The notes under the pieces were generated by a model. That model saw only the letters and a program-made list of their open reading frames with translations. It searched no databases and was not told the origin of the DNA. A program made the translations under genes and the position numbers. From an uncultured virus (IMG/VR IMGVR_UViG_3300021964_000020) (lineage: Duplodnaviria > Heunggongvirae > Uroviricota > Caudoviricetes), in IMG/VR virus record IMGVR_UViG_3300021964_000020: a stretch of DNA of 57,714 nt. One strand, given 5' to 3'. This document shows positions 20,401 through 30,150 of the stretch, one piece after another. Position 1 is the first letter of the stretch, and each line of letters begins with the position of its first letter.

Positions 20401-23093
20401 ATATAGTGTGACGAACCAATTTCTCTAAAGAGGTTTGACATCCTAACCTTATTACCCCCTAATTTAATCTCCTGATCCAAATCATAGAAAGGAAGGGAGT
20501 TTAATAAGAGATAAGATGATTTTGCATATTTACCCTTCGCATTTGATTGGAAGAAATCTTCATATACCGCCTTATGGAAATAAGGGGTATTAATCATACT
20601 TGTTGTGTTCCCATCGATATTCACGTTGGTGAACATATTACTATGGTAAACAGTGTTAATCCATTCTTTCGGTTTTATTGGTGATGATATGAATCCATTA
20701 GATGTGTCAACAACAAACGTATCTTTAATATTTAAATCTCCTTTAGTGAGTGTTGTTTTACCTATATATCCCAAGTATTCCTGAGAATTATATGGGTACA
20801 TATTTACCCTATAATCCTCTACTTCATAATTAAGTAAGTCACTACTTAGTTTTGGGTATTGATCGTCTAAAGTATTACTGTCAGGACCCCCATATTCATC
20901 TAAAATAAATGATTCATTAATCCCGTCTCTCATGTATGGAATTGTGGGGATACCATCTTCATAATATGGATATCTTTCAAAGGGTGAGAAACCTTGTAAG
21001 TACTCTTTTAGTTTCCCAACCGTAGTTACTTCTCGTAGTACATCGACAATGAAATAATCTTCCTTTACCCTCTCATTCAATGTGTTAAACTCATGTTTTG
21101 CCAATTCAGGTAAAACAGTGTCTTTAGTAAAAGTGTCGAAAAGAGTCATGTACCTCGCTCTTTCCATAATTTCGTAAATGACGGATGCAAATATTTTATC
21201 TGTGTATGGGAAATAATCCGTTAGTGTATTAAACGTAGATATATTTTTAATCTGATTTTCATCCGACGCAGAACTATCAAACGTAAAAGTTGTCTTGTCG
21301 AAAGTTCTTTCCTTTTCCGCTAAATTGTCTGTTATTTGTTGTGATACTGCCATGTACTCCTCAACAAATTCAACCTCAGGCCATAACGTTGCATTATCCG
21401 AATTTAATTTTCTAATTAAATCCTGATCTGCGGGGTATGCGAGAACCTTTGTGGAATCGGCACTTTGTTTTTTCACTTCGGGCCACGGATAAATTGCACC
21501 TTCCTCAGTTGATTCATTACTAAACCCAACTAACAGATCCCTTCTTGTATCTCTGACATTATATGCCCTGAAATGGACATTACTCATTAACCTGACATAA
21601 GTGTCGGCACCTGCCAAAATAACACCAAAGATGTTTCGTATTGTTGGTTCAAAACCAAGACCCCCATTACTACTACTCTTTATAATGGTATTCATTGTTT
21701 CCTCTACCTTGTCTTGTAATCTTTTCTTTTCCTTATTAAATGAAGATGCGATTTCTGATATATCATCAAAGATTTGACCCATTGAAACCCCTATCTTACC
21801 GTTTAAATCTGTTTTATAATACAGACTAACATCACTTACAGGATTTCGAAGATTAACATTGAAATTGTTAAACTTATTTTTATTTGATTTACTTCTTAAT
21901 AAGTCAGTTATTGCCTGTTGTATCTTTTTTATTTCTTTGGATTTTGATTTTAGTATGGACTCCAATGTTCCACCTGTATCACCAACAATTGTTTTGGTGT
22001 TACCTCCTACCTGTTTATTCAAAAAGTAAAATGGTATGTCACCAACTAATTGATATTCTTTAGTGACATTGGTTGTTCCCCACGATTGTACGGTAGACGC
22101 AAAATCAACTATCTTATCATCAAACTCCTTTACCAATCCAAAAAGTTTCATGTCCACAATACCATTTTCCCCAAAAATTTCTTTTTCAAGTAATTGGTCA
22201 AGTCTTTTTGCCTTTGCAATCAACTCTCTTAGTGTTGGATTAACATTTTCAGGTATTGTTATCAAACCTTTTCTTCTATACTCTTGATAAACAGATAACA
22301 TAGTTTGGTATCCCCTTGAAGATTTAGAAAGTTTGACTTCGGTTTCTCCTGTGTCTTCATTTGTTTTACCCTTAGTTGGTATTTCAATACCGTACATATA
22401 GGGAGCATTTAAAACAGATGTTAAGGATATGTCATTAAGATATGCGTAGGTTGATCCCACGAATTTAGCGTTACTCTCAAAGTTTCCGTTTGAGTCGTTG
22501 TATGAGGTATTAAAACTAACCAAGTGTAGTCTGTACCTTACTGCCTTCCCATAAAAACCTTTAACGGTTAGATAGAAAACAGGCCATGGGATGTGGAAAA
22601 ACGCACCGTAAGGTGATTGTTTAGGTGCGTCAAAAAGGACTTTACCTCTTACATCGACAAAATTAATATTGACGTATGGTATAAAGTTTGCACCCTTAAC
22701 CTCTATTTGAACACTTGTCATTCCAAAAGACTGACCACTTTGGTCTATGTCTTTTAGTCGATTACCATTATCGTCTCTCCTACCTGAATTTTGGTTAGTG
22801 TATAAATCTGTCCACGAAGTGTCTAAGTATTCACCATTTTTATTCTGTAAAAGATTCAGTGTTCCCTTCGCAATCGAAGTTAGTGTTCCTCCCCCATTAT
22901 TTGAACTATTAAGTGATGTTCTTGGGATGAGATCCGCTTCGAGATTTACATAGTAGACGAAGTTTTCTGCGTTTGTTCCACGAGGTTCTACAACCCCATT
23001 ATTCACAACAGAGTTTGGGTCGACAAAAATCAGATTGTTCTGATCGACCTTAACTAAAATGTTTTCACTTTCTGTGGAATCAGTCCTCGCCAT
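17469..23093 (-). CDS. Baseplate hub protein (gp27/gpD-like), greatly expanded (1874 aa)
   Basis: 'CSVEMMGDVMIQPTMYFQL..VP.FEGAYWIVEVSHRI....ITTSFTGVR' matches the gp27/gpD C-terminal pattern; follows the LysM wedge gene. Confidence 0.7.
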   Translation of the reverse strand: MARTDSTESENILVKVDQNNLIFVDPNSVVNNGVVEPRGTNAENFVYYVNLEADLIPRTSLNSSNNGGGTLTSIAKGTLNLLQNKNGEYLDTSWTDLYTNQNSGRRDDNGNRLKDIDQSGQSFGMTSVQIEVKGANFIPYVNINFVDVRGKVLFDAPKQSPYGAFFHIPWPVFYLTVKGFYGKAVRYRLHLVSFNTSYNDSNGNFESNAKFVGSTYAYLNDISLTSVLNAPYMYGIEIPTKGKTNEDTGETEVKLSKSSRGYQTMLSVYQEYRRKGLITIPENVNPTLRELIAKAKRLDQLLEKEIFGENGIVDMKLFGLVKEFDDKIVDFASTVQSWGTTNVTKEYQLVGDIPFYFLNKQVGGNTKTIVGDTGGTLESILKSKSKEIKKIQQAITDLLRSKSNKNKFNNFNVNLRNPVSDVSLYYKTDLNGKIGVSMGQIFDDISEIASSFNKEKKRLQDKVEETMNTIIKSSSNGGLGFEPTIRNIFGVILAGADTYVRLMSNVHFRAYNVRDTRRDLLVGFSNESTEEGAIYPWPEVKKQSADSTKVLAYPADQDLIRKLNSDNATLWPEVEFVEEYMAVSQQITDNLAEKERTFDKTTFTFDSSASDENQIKNISTFNTLTDYFPYTDKIFASVIYEIMERARYMTLFDTFTKDTVLPELAKHEFNTLNERVKEDYFIVDVLREVTTVGKLKEYLQGFSPFERYPYYEDGIPTIPYMRDGINESFILDEYGGPDSNTLDDQYPKLSSDLLNYEVEDYRVNMYPYNSQEYLGYIGKTTLTKGDLNIKDTFVVDTSNGFISSPIKPKEWINTVYHSNMFTNVNIDGNTTSMINTPYFHKAVYEDFFQSNAKGKYAKSSYLLLNSLPFYDLDQEIKLGGNKVRMSNLFREIGSSHYIPYHLILKWGSIYHRYKKYILEGVDIMDNITTQIDGGEYFDNNLNLIFTGITRSNQTDIGLHPYYSSIYHQVVNGYLYYDVTDTTSNSFENSITNNILKIRSFKVGDFNYYNSFVDNSRYDVDDKRYTILPSHGQKIRVSSVNGQYPYSTDFGIGEQFNFNVDWVEDHKDEFQFDTVTFPSYNQKLVSTNNTISIESNTKKVIDLIATFDPYILDEFESAFLEFSTEVVDTQVDLSRYPNMTYNRFQNLLKELVTVEKVDGDDLTNLETIERAISIRQEKKQTTITSNILSGNNLMKLTITNPKELNLEKLNSYVGVSERTVNGEFNVSQLTNNTKYIELYLGEDMDGYYQEFFSVSNIELSEDNVLSHRQIIQTYAGWRQSGEQPSRTNFEEYLRTEILVPHEERLSMFLNRLLSRMSGLERVQDKNNNLGIIKSFGQDPLKLEVYNNFKLFNDRWTAGNSLGQRLIMEEFLFLDKANRDIGNDLFFDVKKLIPLGMPESQNLRLYNAISQLLSRNNLDIRPLPSYVNFYGNDTRRGKTKTSSDVASLLFGKFLDVDVEYSLPKIIIQYVGKPSSHVDASSINKDYKFKNDTFNVGGTNDNPVLITDPNYFEREDIKNSNKVVAFEVSFGDQNQGIFKSIKLDQSQFKSTFESNLAIENTARSESGSGITQVDTQLYDIYKTRSYSCSVEMMGDVMIQPTMYFQLKNVPLFEGAYWIVEVSHRIENNNITTSFTGVRMPKDGLPNPKDSFSASYRILYDKIMNSALAKIKAQTELESDKDITNGPKLKETITIPGEVKTSDSGVTEFAVPFNGYNGNQTIEKVKYKGQIWYKTRVTKINENTPNTLALPLLITNSGRLVNPSNMKYTNITPNSNYYYFLDFDKKKVQTGNIPEDLVFNCKTDFKNPLNGRTKTVDSDAQLNISVGDPYIEGPVDVNSVTISDSSGTKVITGMGMSPKLMKDLRLQEGDVVYFDIRQ

Positions 23094-23406
23094 AATATAA
23101 GTTGTACAACTCTACCTCCTTTTTATATTCTTGTAAAGTAGCGACCAAAGGAAACGGTATTCTTAAAACAAAATTATTTGGTATCTCAAATTCGATACTT
23201 CCCGCATTTGGATTTGCTTGTAAAATCAACCACCCAAAAACAGGACTTCCGTAATATTCCTGAGATATCTTATCTAATCTGTCCTTTCCTTTTTTGTATT
23301 GTACATACTTATCTGTCGATCTGATTGGAATCTCGATACCCGGTACTATTTTAAAGTCACCATCAGTCTCGAAAAACTCATATCTGTTGAAATATTCTCT
23401 ACTCAT
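23080..23406 (-). CDS. LysM-type baseplate wedge protein (T4 gp53 / P2 gpX-like)
   Basis: 'DRLDKISQEYYGSPVFGWLILQANP...LRIP'. Confidence 0.85.
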   Translation of the reverse strand: MSREYFNRYEFFETDGDFKIVPGIEIPIRSTDKYVQYKKGKDRLDKISQEYYGSPVFGWLILQANPNAGSIEFEIPNNFVLRIPFPLVATLQEYKKEVELYNLYYGED

Positions 23407-26400
23407 GGTTTATAGAAATTTAATTTAGTACCAAGTGTTACTTTACTTGAATGTACTTTTATCAATTCATCAAGTTGTGTGGATGGTGATGATATTTCAA
23501 TCTCATCCACGACACCGAACGACGACGGAGATTCATTCTTTTTCGGTTTAAACTTCTTAAGTCTAATTCTCTCTTCTTTCGTTTCTTCAAAGAAGTTATC
23601 GATTCTCTTAGAGATTTTGTTAAAAATCTTTTGTGGGAATATCGTTGTATCTTCTTTATAAATGTTCTTAATCTCCTCCTCTTTTCCGTATAATAATACA
23701 GATAAAATTTCACTTAGTGTAGTGATGCCCATATTCCCAAGTGAAGTAAAATCTACTGATGTATCTAAGTCTTTTTCGAACTCGTCATAATTTTTATCGA
23801 AGTAGTCAATTATGTGATCATATTGTTCATATAAAGAACTGAAAGTAAATCCTGATAAATCCGCTTGTGTCCCGTTACCATCATCAATTTTACCATCACT
23901 AACGTATTTTGTGAGGTAGTTTAGTTTATCTAAACTCGATATAATTTTATTTCTTTTAGAAGCGAGATCTTTTAAAGATGATAATGAGATTAATTCATCT
24001 AACTTACTCTCAACCAACTCAGTTAATTTTTCCCTTAAGATGTAGTTTGATCTTTCCAACTTATCCGATGAAAGGAACCTGTCAAATTTCATCATAGTGG
24101 AAACATCCAAATCATTAATTGCGGCATTAAGTTTTGCTTTGGTGTCGTTAACCATGAAATCAAAACTGTTCCTTATTGGATCAAATTCACCAAACATAGT
24201 TATCTCTCTTGTACTTGTATTTGTTGTATACACATCATACTTGTTTATCGACCTGTAATTAGGTGAAAAAACTAATGAATGTACTTGTGGTCCAAAAGAT
24301 GTTAAAACATCGTTATATGTCGTCTTATAGGTTTCAAAGTATCCCTCGACATCATCCAAAGATGAAATGAGTTCTCCGTAAGAAAGTTCCTCTCCCGATC
24401 CACCTATGTATTTTCCTTGTGTTATTTCGTTTTCACTTCCTATTTGTTGTTGGTTGGGTGTTTGACTTGACGGTCCGGCCTTCTGTAAACTCTCTAAAAA
24501 TTCTTTAGTAAATTCTGCTGCGTCTTGACCGTCAATTGTACTATTGGTACTTACAGATCTTGGGTCATACATTTCTGTGTTTGCGAAGAAATTAGATGAT
24601 AATGCATTCTGTAATCTCTCAACAGGTTTTTCAAGTCCTTGACCACCAATAAAGTTAACTTGCATCGTAACATTTGCAATCATTGGTTGTACCCCAATAC
24701 CTTCAGGATTCATATCCCATACACCATCATCGTAATTGATGTTTACGTCTCTTACAACAATTTTGGAGTGATAGAAATCACCAATCCTTACCACACAAAT
24801 TGGTGGTGGTCCAAAACTTGTATTCCTCGCGTTTATGTCATTATTATCCGCAATACCTTTTAATGGTATAGTATCACCCGGTCTAACACATTGTAATAAG
24901 AAAGTTAGTCTTGAGTTAAGACCTTCGGGTGTCGTTGAGTGGAATGCAGGATGGAAATATTTTAACTTCTCTGTTAAACTTTTAAATGTTACGGGTGAGT
25001 CTTCCTCCATTACTTTGAAATAATAACACTCAGACAATGTCTTCATGATTATCTTTTTCATTTCATCGATACGAGGTTTCTGTTTTGGTGGTGTGATTGG
25101 ATCGGGAGTTACTTTAACTCTGATCTTATCTTCAATATCAGGTATAACATCTGCGGGTGTAACTTCAAACTGAACTATCCCGTGTCTACAGTAGAATGTG
25201 GGTGGTGCTGTTCTTTTTAGTGGACTATTTGATTGGATTTCATCTGTGTGACAATCAATGTTAACATCTCCACCACCAAATGTACTTTCATTGGTAGTTG
25301 CGTTTTCCCCGACCCCCTTATATCTAACTCTTATTGTACCTTCAACACCCTCATAACCAAGTTTCTCAAATGTATATTCTGTTGCTCCCGTAACCATTTC
25401 AGTACCTGATGGTGGGGTTGTAGTAGTAAAATCTATTTCAGTTGTTTTTTTGGCAATTCTACTTATTACGTCCTTATATATACTATGGGCCCTTCTAAGT
25501 GATAATTTCACATTATAATCATCCCCCGCAATTGACGATGTACTTGAATGTAGGGTTATTAATACATCCTTAATTTCACCTTTCTCTATCCTTGAAACAA
25601 GTTCGTCTGTTTTATCTGTATAACTCTTATAATCCTTTTTTAAGGTATTGTATGCACTTTCGATTTTACTTTTAACGAGTTGATAATCGTCTGTTGTTCC
25701 TGTAACGTCAGTCCTACCAAATATTACCTTTTTATCGTTTTTCTTGGTGGCCGTTTCACTACCCGAGAAAAGAAGATTTAAACCATTGTCTAAATCTTTA
25801 AAATATGTCCCATTAGATTGGTCAATGTTACCATTCCCATCCTCAAACATATTTTTATAATTTTCATATTCCTGTTCGTATGTTGTTGGTGATTGAACCT
25901 GACTATTCCCTATCCTTGGGAAATCATTAGGGAAATATAAGTTCATTTTAACCGGTGCCTCAGGTTCTTGAGGTCTTGGACTTGTGTCGGGTTTATCTTC
26001 ACCCAAATCTTCCGTCTCGATCTTATATTTTAGTATCTCCTCTTGATCGTTACCACCTTCTAACCATCTTTTAATACTACTAAGGTCATCTTTTGTTAAA
26101 GTGGTATATGTTCTAATTAAAGAATAAAAATCCACCTCCTCACATCCCGCGAAGAACGCATTAATGTAGTTTTCCGATTCTTCATCGGACATTCCTTTGA
26201 ATACTTTTTGTACCAATAAGTTTAATATACTTGGGTGATCGACAACCACTTTAAAGGATATCTGACCCGACCTCTCTGTTTGTTGATAGGTATATATCGG
26301 TTCAGGTCTTCCTAAAAATGTATTTGTTTCCCATCTCGCATTGTTCTGTTCATTTACTTTAATGTCGTATGGTGGGAACCACATTACTCTACCACCATTA

Positions 26401-28118
26401 GGTCCTCTTTCACAATATGGTAAATCACTATATGTATAACCCGGTAGTGTTGATGTCTTCCACGCTAAATTCTCAATAGAGAACATGTATTTTTTAGCAA
26501 CATAGGAATCACCTTGTTTAACAATATTTGTCGATCCCTCGAAAGAACCTTGACCATTGGACATTGGTGCAATGTTTAGGTTCCATGGTTTTGTCATTAC
26601 ACTCGAATCAAACTTTCTAATATTACCCGTTCTCTTCATTGTGTCAGACATATTCATATATGGATCGTCTTTTGTCCAAACCCTACAATACTCAACACCT
26701 GTTTCTTGTCCGTATTTATCAACGTACTTGACCGCAGAACCTCGAGATATCATCGTATTACCCTCTCTGAAAATTCTACTCGTTTGATCAATTGCGTTTG
26801 CGACGTGTGATCTTGCGGCACCACCATCAGATGGCATAGTCTCAATTAACTCTTGGGTTTTACCCATGATAGAATCACTTCTGAAATTGTATCTTGTGGA
26901 GAGACTATCTTCTAATTGAGATCTTTCAAAATTATATTCCGCATTACCCTCACCTAATTTATTTTGTGATTTGGTGCTGTACCATGTTAAATTACCACCT
27001 ATAGGTCCTCCCTGAGTGATCGGTCTTTGTCTTTCAAATAACTGAGTCTGAACAGGATCAAACATTAAACTTAGATAGTAACTACTTCTTACGATGTTGT
27101 CGTTGAAGTCCCCCATCGCATATTTAACGTCTTCACCTCTATCATCACCTATATACGCCCCTTGAGTTGGTGCACCTAAACCAAGAACGTCGTTTATCGC
27201 ATCCCCAACTACATTAGGGAAGTTAAATAGTTTTGATGATTGTTGTGACCTTGCTGATTTGGAATAGTCAGGTGCATATCTTGAGAATCTTAAATTATCA
27301 AATAAAACATCTTTTTGTCCTGAACCCATATAATCTATCATTAGATCAGATGGTTTAGCACTCAATTTAGGTCTTCTTTGGATACCAATTAATGAACCTA
27401 ACACCCCTGTAATGTCTTGTATAATTTGTCCCGCGGTTGTTTGTGCCTCGGGTCTATAATTGACAGGATTTGCGGGATTACTTAAGTAATCACCCGGTAT
27501 TTCACTCCACGGGAATTCAACCCCCGCAACTGTTTGTAAAAAATCAATTGCCTTTCCGGGTAGGGTTTTCGCAACTGTAATCTTATAGTTCTTTTCTACT
27601 AAACTTTCTTTACCTGTGATAAGGTTTATTGCCGTTGCGGTATTACCTTCTAACGCATCTATAAGTCTTACTCTACCGTAAGTTGCTGCGACTAAATTCT
27701 GTGTAATTCTTGCAAGTACGGGTCCTTGTTCGTTTTCCCTAATGTGTCTTGCCGCGAACTTCATCATATTTGACTCCTGATCATAGTTGTCAGTAGTCAT
27801 AATACTAATGAAATTACCATATGAACCTTGTGTGAAATAAGGATACAAACCAAGATCCTCAAGTCGAGTTAAATCTCTTAATGTTTCAACTGTGTCGAAA
27901 TTGTCTGCTGTAAAAGTGTTCCTTGTATCGGGAATTGCAAGATATGTTTGTAAGTTAGTATCTACCTCACCGGGATCAATATTGGGTTGATCTCTTAGGT
28001 TTTCTACAGAGTATGCCGAAGACGTAAATGTTTGGGGACCGTTTGGTTGTTGTAACGTCCTTGCCAATATACTGTCCCTAAACTGTGACGTTGAATTGAA
28101 ATCTAAATAACTCGGCAT
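23403..28118 (-). CDS. Tail tube initiator / baseplate protein (gp48/gp54-like) with an inserted OmpA-like domain (1571 aa)
   Basis: 'WETNTFLGRPEPIYTYQQTERSGQISFKVVVD' and 'PPICVVRIGDFY...VNINYD...WD...QPMIANVTMQ' are tube-initiator motifs; internal 'YNVKLSLRRAHSI'; lies directly after the tape measure. Confidence 0.7.
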   Translation of the reverse strand: MPSYLDFNSTSQFRDSILARTLQQPNGPQTFTSSAYSVENLRDQPNIDPGEVDTNLQTYLAIPDTRNTFTADNFDTVETLRDLTRLEDLGLYPYFTQGSYGNFISIMTTDNYDQESNMMKFAARHIRENEQGPVLARITQNLVAATYGRVRLIDALEGNTATAINLITGKESLVEKNYKITVAKTLPGKAIDFLQTVAGVEFPWSEIPGDYLSNPANPVNYRPEAQTTAGQIIQDITGVLGSLIGIQRRPKLSAKPSDLMIDYMGSGQKDVLFDNLRFSRYAPDYSKSARSQQSSKLFNFPNVVGDAINDVLGLGAPTQGAYIGDDRGEDVKYAMGDFNDNIVRSSYYLSLMFDPVQTQLFERQRPITQGGPIGGNLTWYSTKSQNKLGEGNAEYNFERSQLEDSLSTRYNFRSDSIMGKTQELIETMPSDGGAARSHVANAIDQTSRIFREGNTMISRGSAVKYVDKYGQETGVEYCRVWTKDDPYMNMSDTMKRTGNIRKFDSSVMTKPWNLNIAPMSNGQGSFEGSTNIVKQGDSYVAKKYMFSIENLAWKTSTLPGYTYSDLPYCERGPNGGRVMWFPPYDIKVNEQNNARWETNTFLGRPEPIYTYQQTERSGQISFKVVVDHPSILNLLVQKVFKGMSDEESENYINAFFAGCEEVDFYSLIRTYTTLTKDDLSSIKRWLEGGNDQEEILKYKIETEDLGEDKPDTSPRPQEPEAPVKMNLYFPNDFPRIGNSQVQSPTTYEQEYENYKNMFEDGNGNIDQSNGTYFKDLDNGLNLLFSGSETATKKNDKKVIFGRTDVTGTTDDYQLVKSKIESAYNTLKKDYKSYTDKTDELVSRIEKGEIKDVLITLHSSTSSIAGDDYNVKLSLRRAHSIYKDVISRIAKKTTEIDFTTTTPPSGTEMVTGATEYTFEKLGYEGVEGTIRVRYKGVGENATTNESTFGGGDVNIDCHTDEIQSNSPLKRTAPPTFYCRHGIVQFEVTPADVIPDIEDKIRVKVTPDPITPPKQKPRIDEMKKIIMKTLSECYYFKVMEEDSPVTFKSLTEKLKYFHPAFHSTTPEGLNSRLTFLLQCVRPGDTIPLKGIADNNDINARNTSFGPPPICVVRIGDFYHSKIVVRDVNINYDDGVWDMNPEGIGVQPMIANVTMQVNFIGGQGLEKPVERLQNALSSNFFANTEMYDPRSVSTNSTIDGQDAAEFTKEFLESLQKAGPSSQTPNQQQIGSENEITQGKYIGGSGEELSYGELISSLDDVEGYFETYKTTYNDVLTSFGPQVHSLVFSPNYRSINKYDVYTTNTSTREITMFGEFDPIRNSFDFMVNDTKAKLNAAINDLDVSTMMKFDRFLSSDKLERSNYILREKLTELVESKLDELISLSSLKDLASKRNKIISSLDKLNYLTKYVSDGKIDDGNGTQADLSGFTFSSLYEQYDHIIDYFDKNYDEFEKDLDTSVDFTSLGNMGITTLSEILSVLLYGKEEEIKNIYKEDTTIFPQKIFNKISKRIDNFFEETKEERIRLKKFKPKKNESPSSFGVVDEIEISSPSTQLDELIKVHSSKVTLGTKLNFYKP

Positions 28119-28160
28119 ATTATCTTTTTTATATAAATAGATTGATGTGTAAATCCATCA

Positions 28161-29981
28161 TTAATTATTTGATGTATATGACCTACTATTGTCAACTATC
28201 CACTGTTCAGGATTTAATGTCCATTGTTTTTGGAAAGAACCTACGACTTGGTCACTTTTTACATTGTGTTCATGGATAACCTTCGTTGTTGTTTGAGTTG
28301 TTGTTCCCTGAACTTGTTTTCTTCTTTCTTCTTGTTCTTTTATTTGTTCAGTGGTCCCTAATTTATCTTGGATTTTTCGAATCACCGCACTTCCTTCAAG
28401 ACCAAAACTCTCTACTAATTTATCAGTACTCATACCAATAATATCACTTATGTTTTGTCCCGTGTCCTTCGCATCTATCCCAACTAACTTTTCAATTTGA
28501 TTGTCCGCAACACCCGCAGCCCTTAGTCTCGCTAAGGTTACTAAGTAATTAACATCTCTATTAATGTTCTCAACCGCGGTTGCTTGTCTTCTAACAATTT
28601 CACCTTCGGACATTTGTTTAAACTCGTCTTGGTATTTGAGTAGTGTTTTAGCAACACTTTGATCGATCTTATCTAATGATATTGCAGTTGCACCCCCAAA
28701 CTGTTTTTGTAATTCAGGACTTGTAAGTGCAATACTCATCTTACCGTCCTTCATTCTGGCAATGTTGGTTAAGAATTCTTCTTGTTCCTCACTTAACCCT
28801 AAACCTGACATCATCTGACTCGCTTGCATTCTTTCCTGTTGTGCGATTGCGGTCTGAGTAAGGTCTTTGACATCCATATTCAACGCTTTCGCAATATCCC
28901 TTGCTTGTCTAAGGTTCGCCCCCGTCACTTCGAACGCACCGGTCTCAGTATTATAGGTTGCTAAATTTTTGGAAACCCCTTCTAATGCACCTTGTAATCC
29001 CTCAACCTCATTGGTTGCCATATACATTAACCTAAGTGGATCGTTAAAATCACCAAAGGCAGCACCTAAAACTTGTAGGTTTGCAGATAGTTCTAACGCA
29101 CCTTCGGGATCAAATACCTGATCGGCCACTTTAAATACATCTTGTAGGTTCATTCTAACCTCAGTGGCCCTACGAACCATCTTTTCTAACCCCTCAACAC
29201 TATTTTGGAATCCGTACTGATTTAATTTTTCTATATTTTCAGTAATACCCTTAATAGTGGTTTTAGATTGGAGTCCTAATTCTAATGATCTCTCACCCGC
29301 ATCTGCGATAGATTCTTGTGCCTGTGATGCCCCTATACCAACCTTTTCAAATTCTGAATATGAACTAACAATTTCTGCCATATCCATACCGTAGGCTTGT
29401 GCTATTTCACCCGCACGTACTAACATATCAGCACCAACTAAGGCAAACCTACCTGTGGTGTCCACTAATTCTTTTGCCGAGTCAACTAATTCATCAAAAG
29501 GGATTCCTAACCTTATAAGTGCGGGTTGGGCTCTTGTGATTTCTTCCCTAAACTCTTCTGATAGTGTCCCTGTTAGACCTAACTTTTCATTAACTTCAGT
29601 TAATAGGTAACTTTGTTCCGCGGCGTAGTCAGCAACCGCCTTAGTTCCAAGTTCCGCAAGGACAGTACCGATTTTCTCTATTATATTACCACTCTTCTGA
29701 GTAGTTATAGCATTTACGGTGTCCATTAGATAATCAGGACCTTGGGGTGCTGATGTTTGTCTGAGACCTCCTTTTAATATGTTACCGAACCCTTCCATGA
29801 GAGTCTCCCCAAACCCTTTACCAAGGTTATTATTTGAATTACCACTACTACCACTACCACCACTATCGTTTTGGTTTGATAGTTTTTGTATGATATTCTT
29901 ATTACTTCGTTTCCACGAATCGTAATCTGCGGCGTCTCCGCCGGTGGATTCATAAAGTTTCCTTAGATCTCTCTCATTCAT
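28161..29981 (-). CDS. Tape measure protein (606 aa)
   Basis: Helical, Ala/Gln-rich sequence in the position after tube and chaperone genes. Confidence 0.7.
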   Translation of the reverse strand: MNERDLRKLYESTGGDAADYDSWKRSNKNIIQKLSNQNDSGGSGSSGNSNNNLGKGFGETLMEGFGNILKGGLRQTSAPQGPDYLMDTVNAITTQKSGNIIEKIGTVLAELGTKAVADYAAEQSYLLTEVNEKLGLTGTLSEEFREEITRAQPALIRLGIPFDELVDSAKELVDTTGRFALVGADMLVRAGEIAQAYGMDMAEIVSSYSEFEKVGIGASQAQESIADAGERSLELGLQSKTTIKGITENIEKLNQYGFQNSVEGLEKMVRRATEVRMNLQDVFKVADQVFDPEGALELSANLQVLGAAFGDFNDPLRLMYMATNEVEGLQGALEGVSKNLATYNTETGAFEVTGANLRQARDIAKALNMDVKDLTQTAIAQQERMQASQMMSGLGLSEEQEEFLTNIARMKDGKMSIALTSPELQKQFGGATAISLDKIDQSVAKTLLKYQDEFKQMSEGEIVRRQATAVENINRDVNYLVTLARLRAAGVADNQIEKLVGIDAKDTGQNISDIIGMSTDKLVESFGLEGSAVIRKIQDKLGTTEQIKEQEERRKQVQGTTTQTTTKVIHEHNVKSDQVVGSFQKQWTLNPEQWIVDNSRSYTSNN

Positions 29982-29994
29982 ACTATATAAATAC

Positions 29995-30150
29995 CTAATC
30001 AGAAGGTTTTTCCAACTCGATAATTCGTTCTACATAGTATCTCCTTAAATAAGTGGGCATCTCAAGAACATCCCTGTGGGTAAACCCCTTTTTAACTAAG
30101 AAAATGATTTCAGTATACTGCGCGCTTTTATAGTCCGTAGAAAGGGCGAA
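29995..30150 (-). CDS. Uncalled 51-aa frame, probable +1 frameshift extension of the tail chaperone (gpT/gp51-like)
   Basis: FALSTDYKSAQYTEIIFLVKKGFTHRDVLEMPTYLRRYYVERIIELEKPSD*. Fills the gap before the tape measure gene and has no upstream ATG in frame. Confidence 0.65.
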   Translation of the reverse strand, partial: FALSTDYKSAQYTEIIFLVKKGFTHRDVLEMPTYLRRYYVERIIELEKPSD

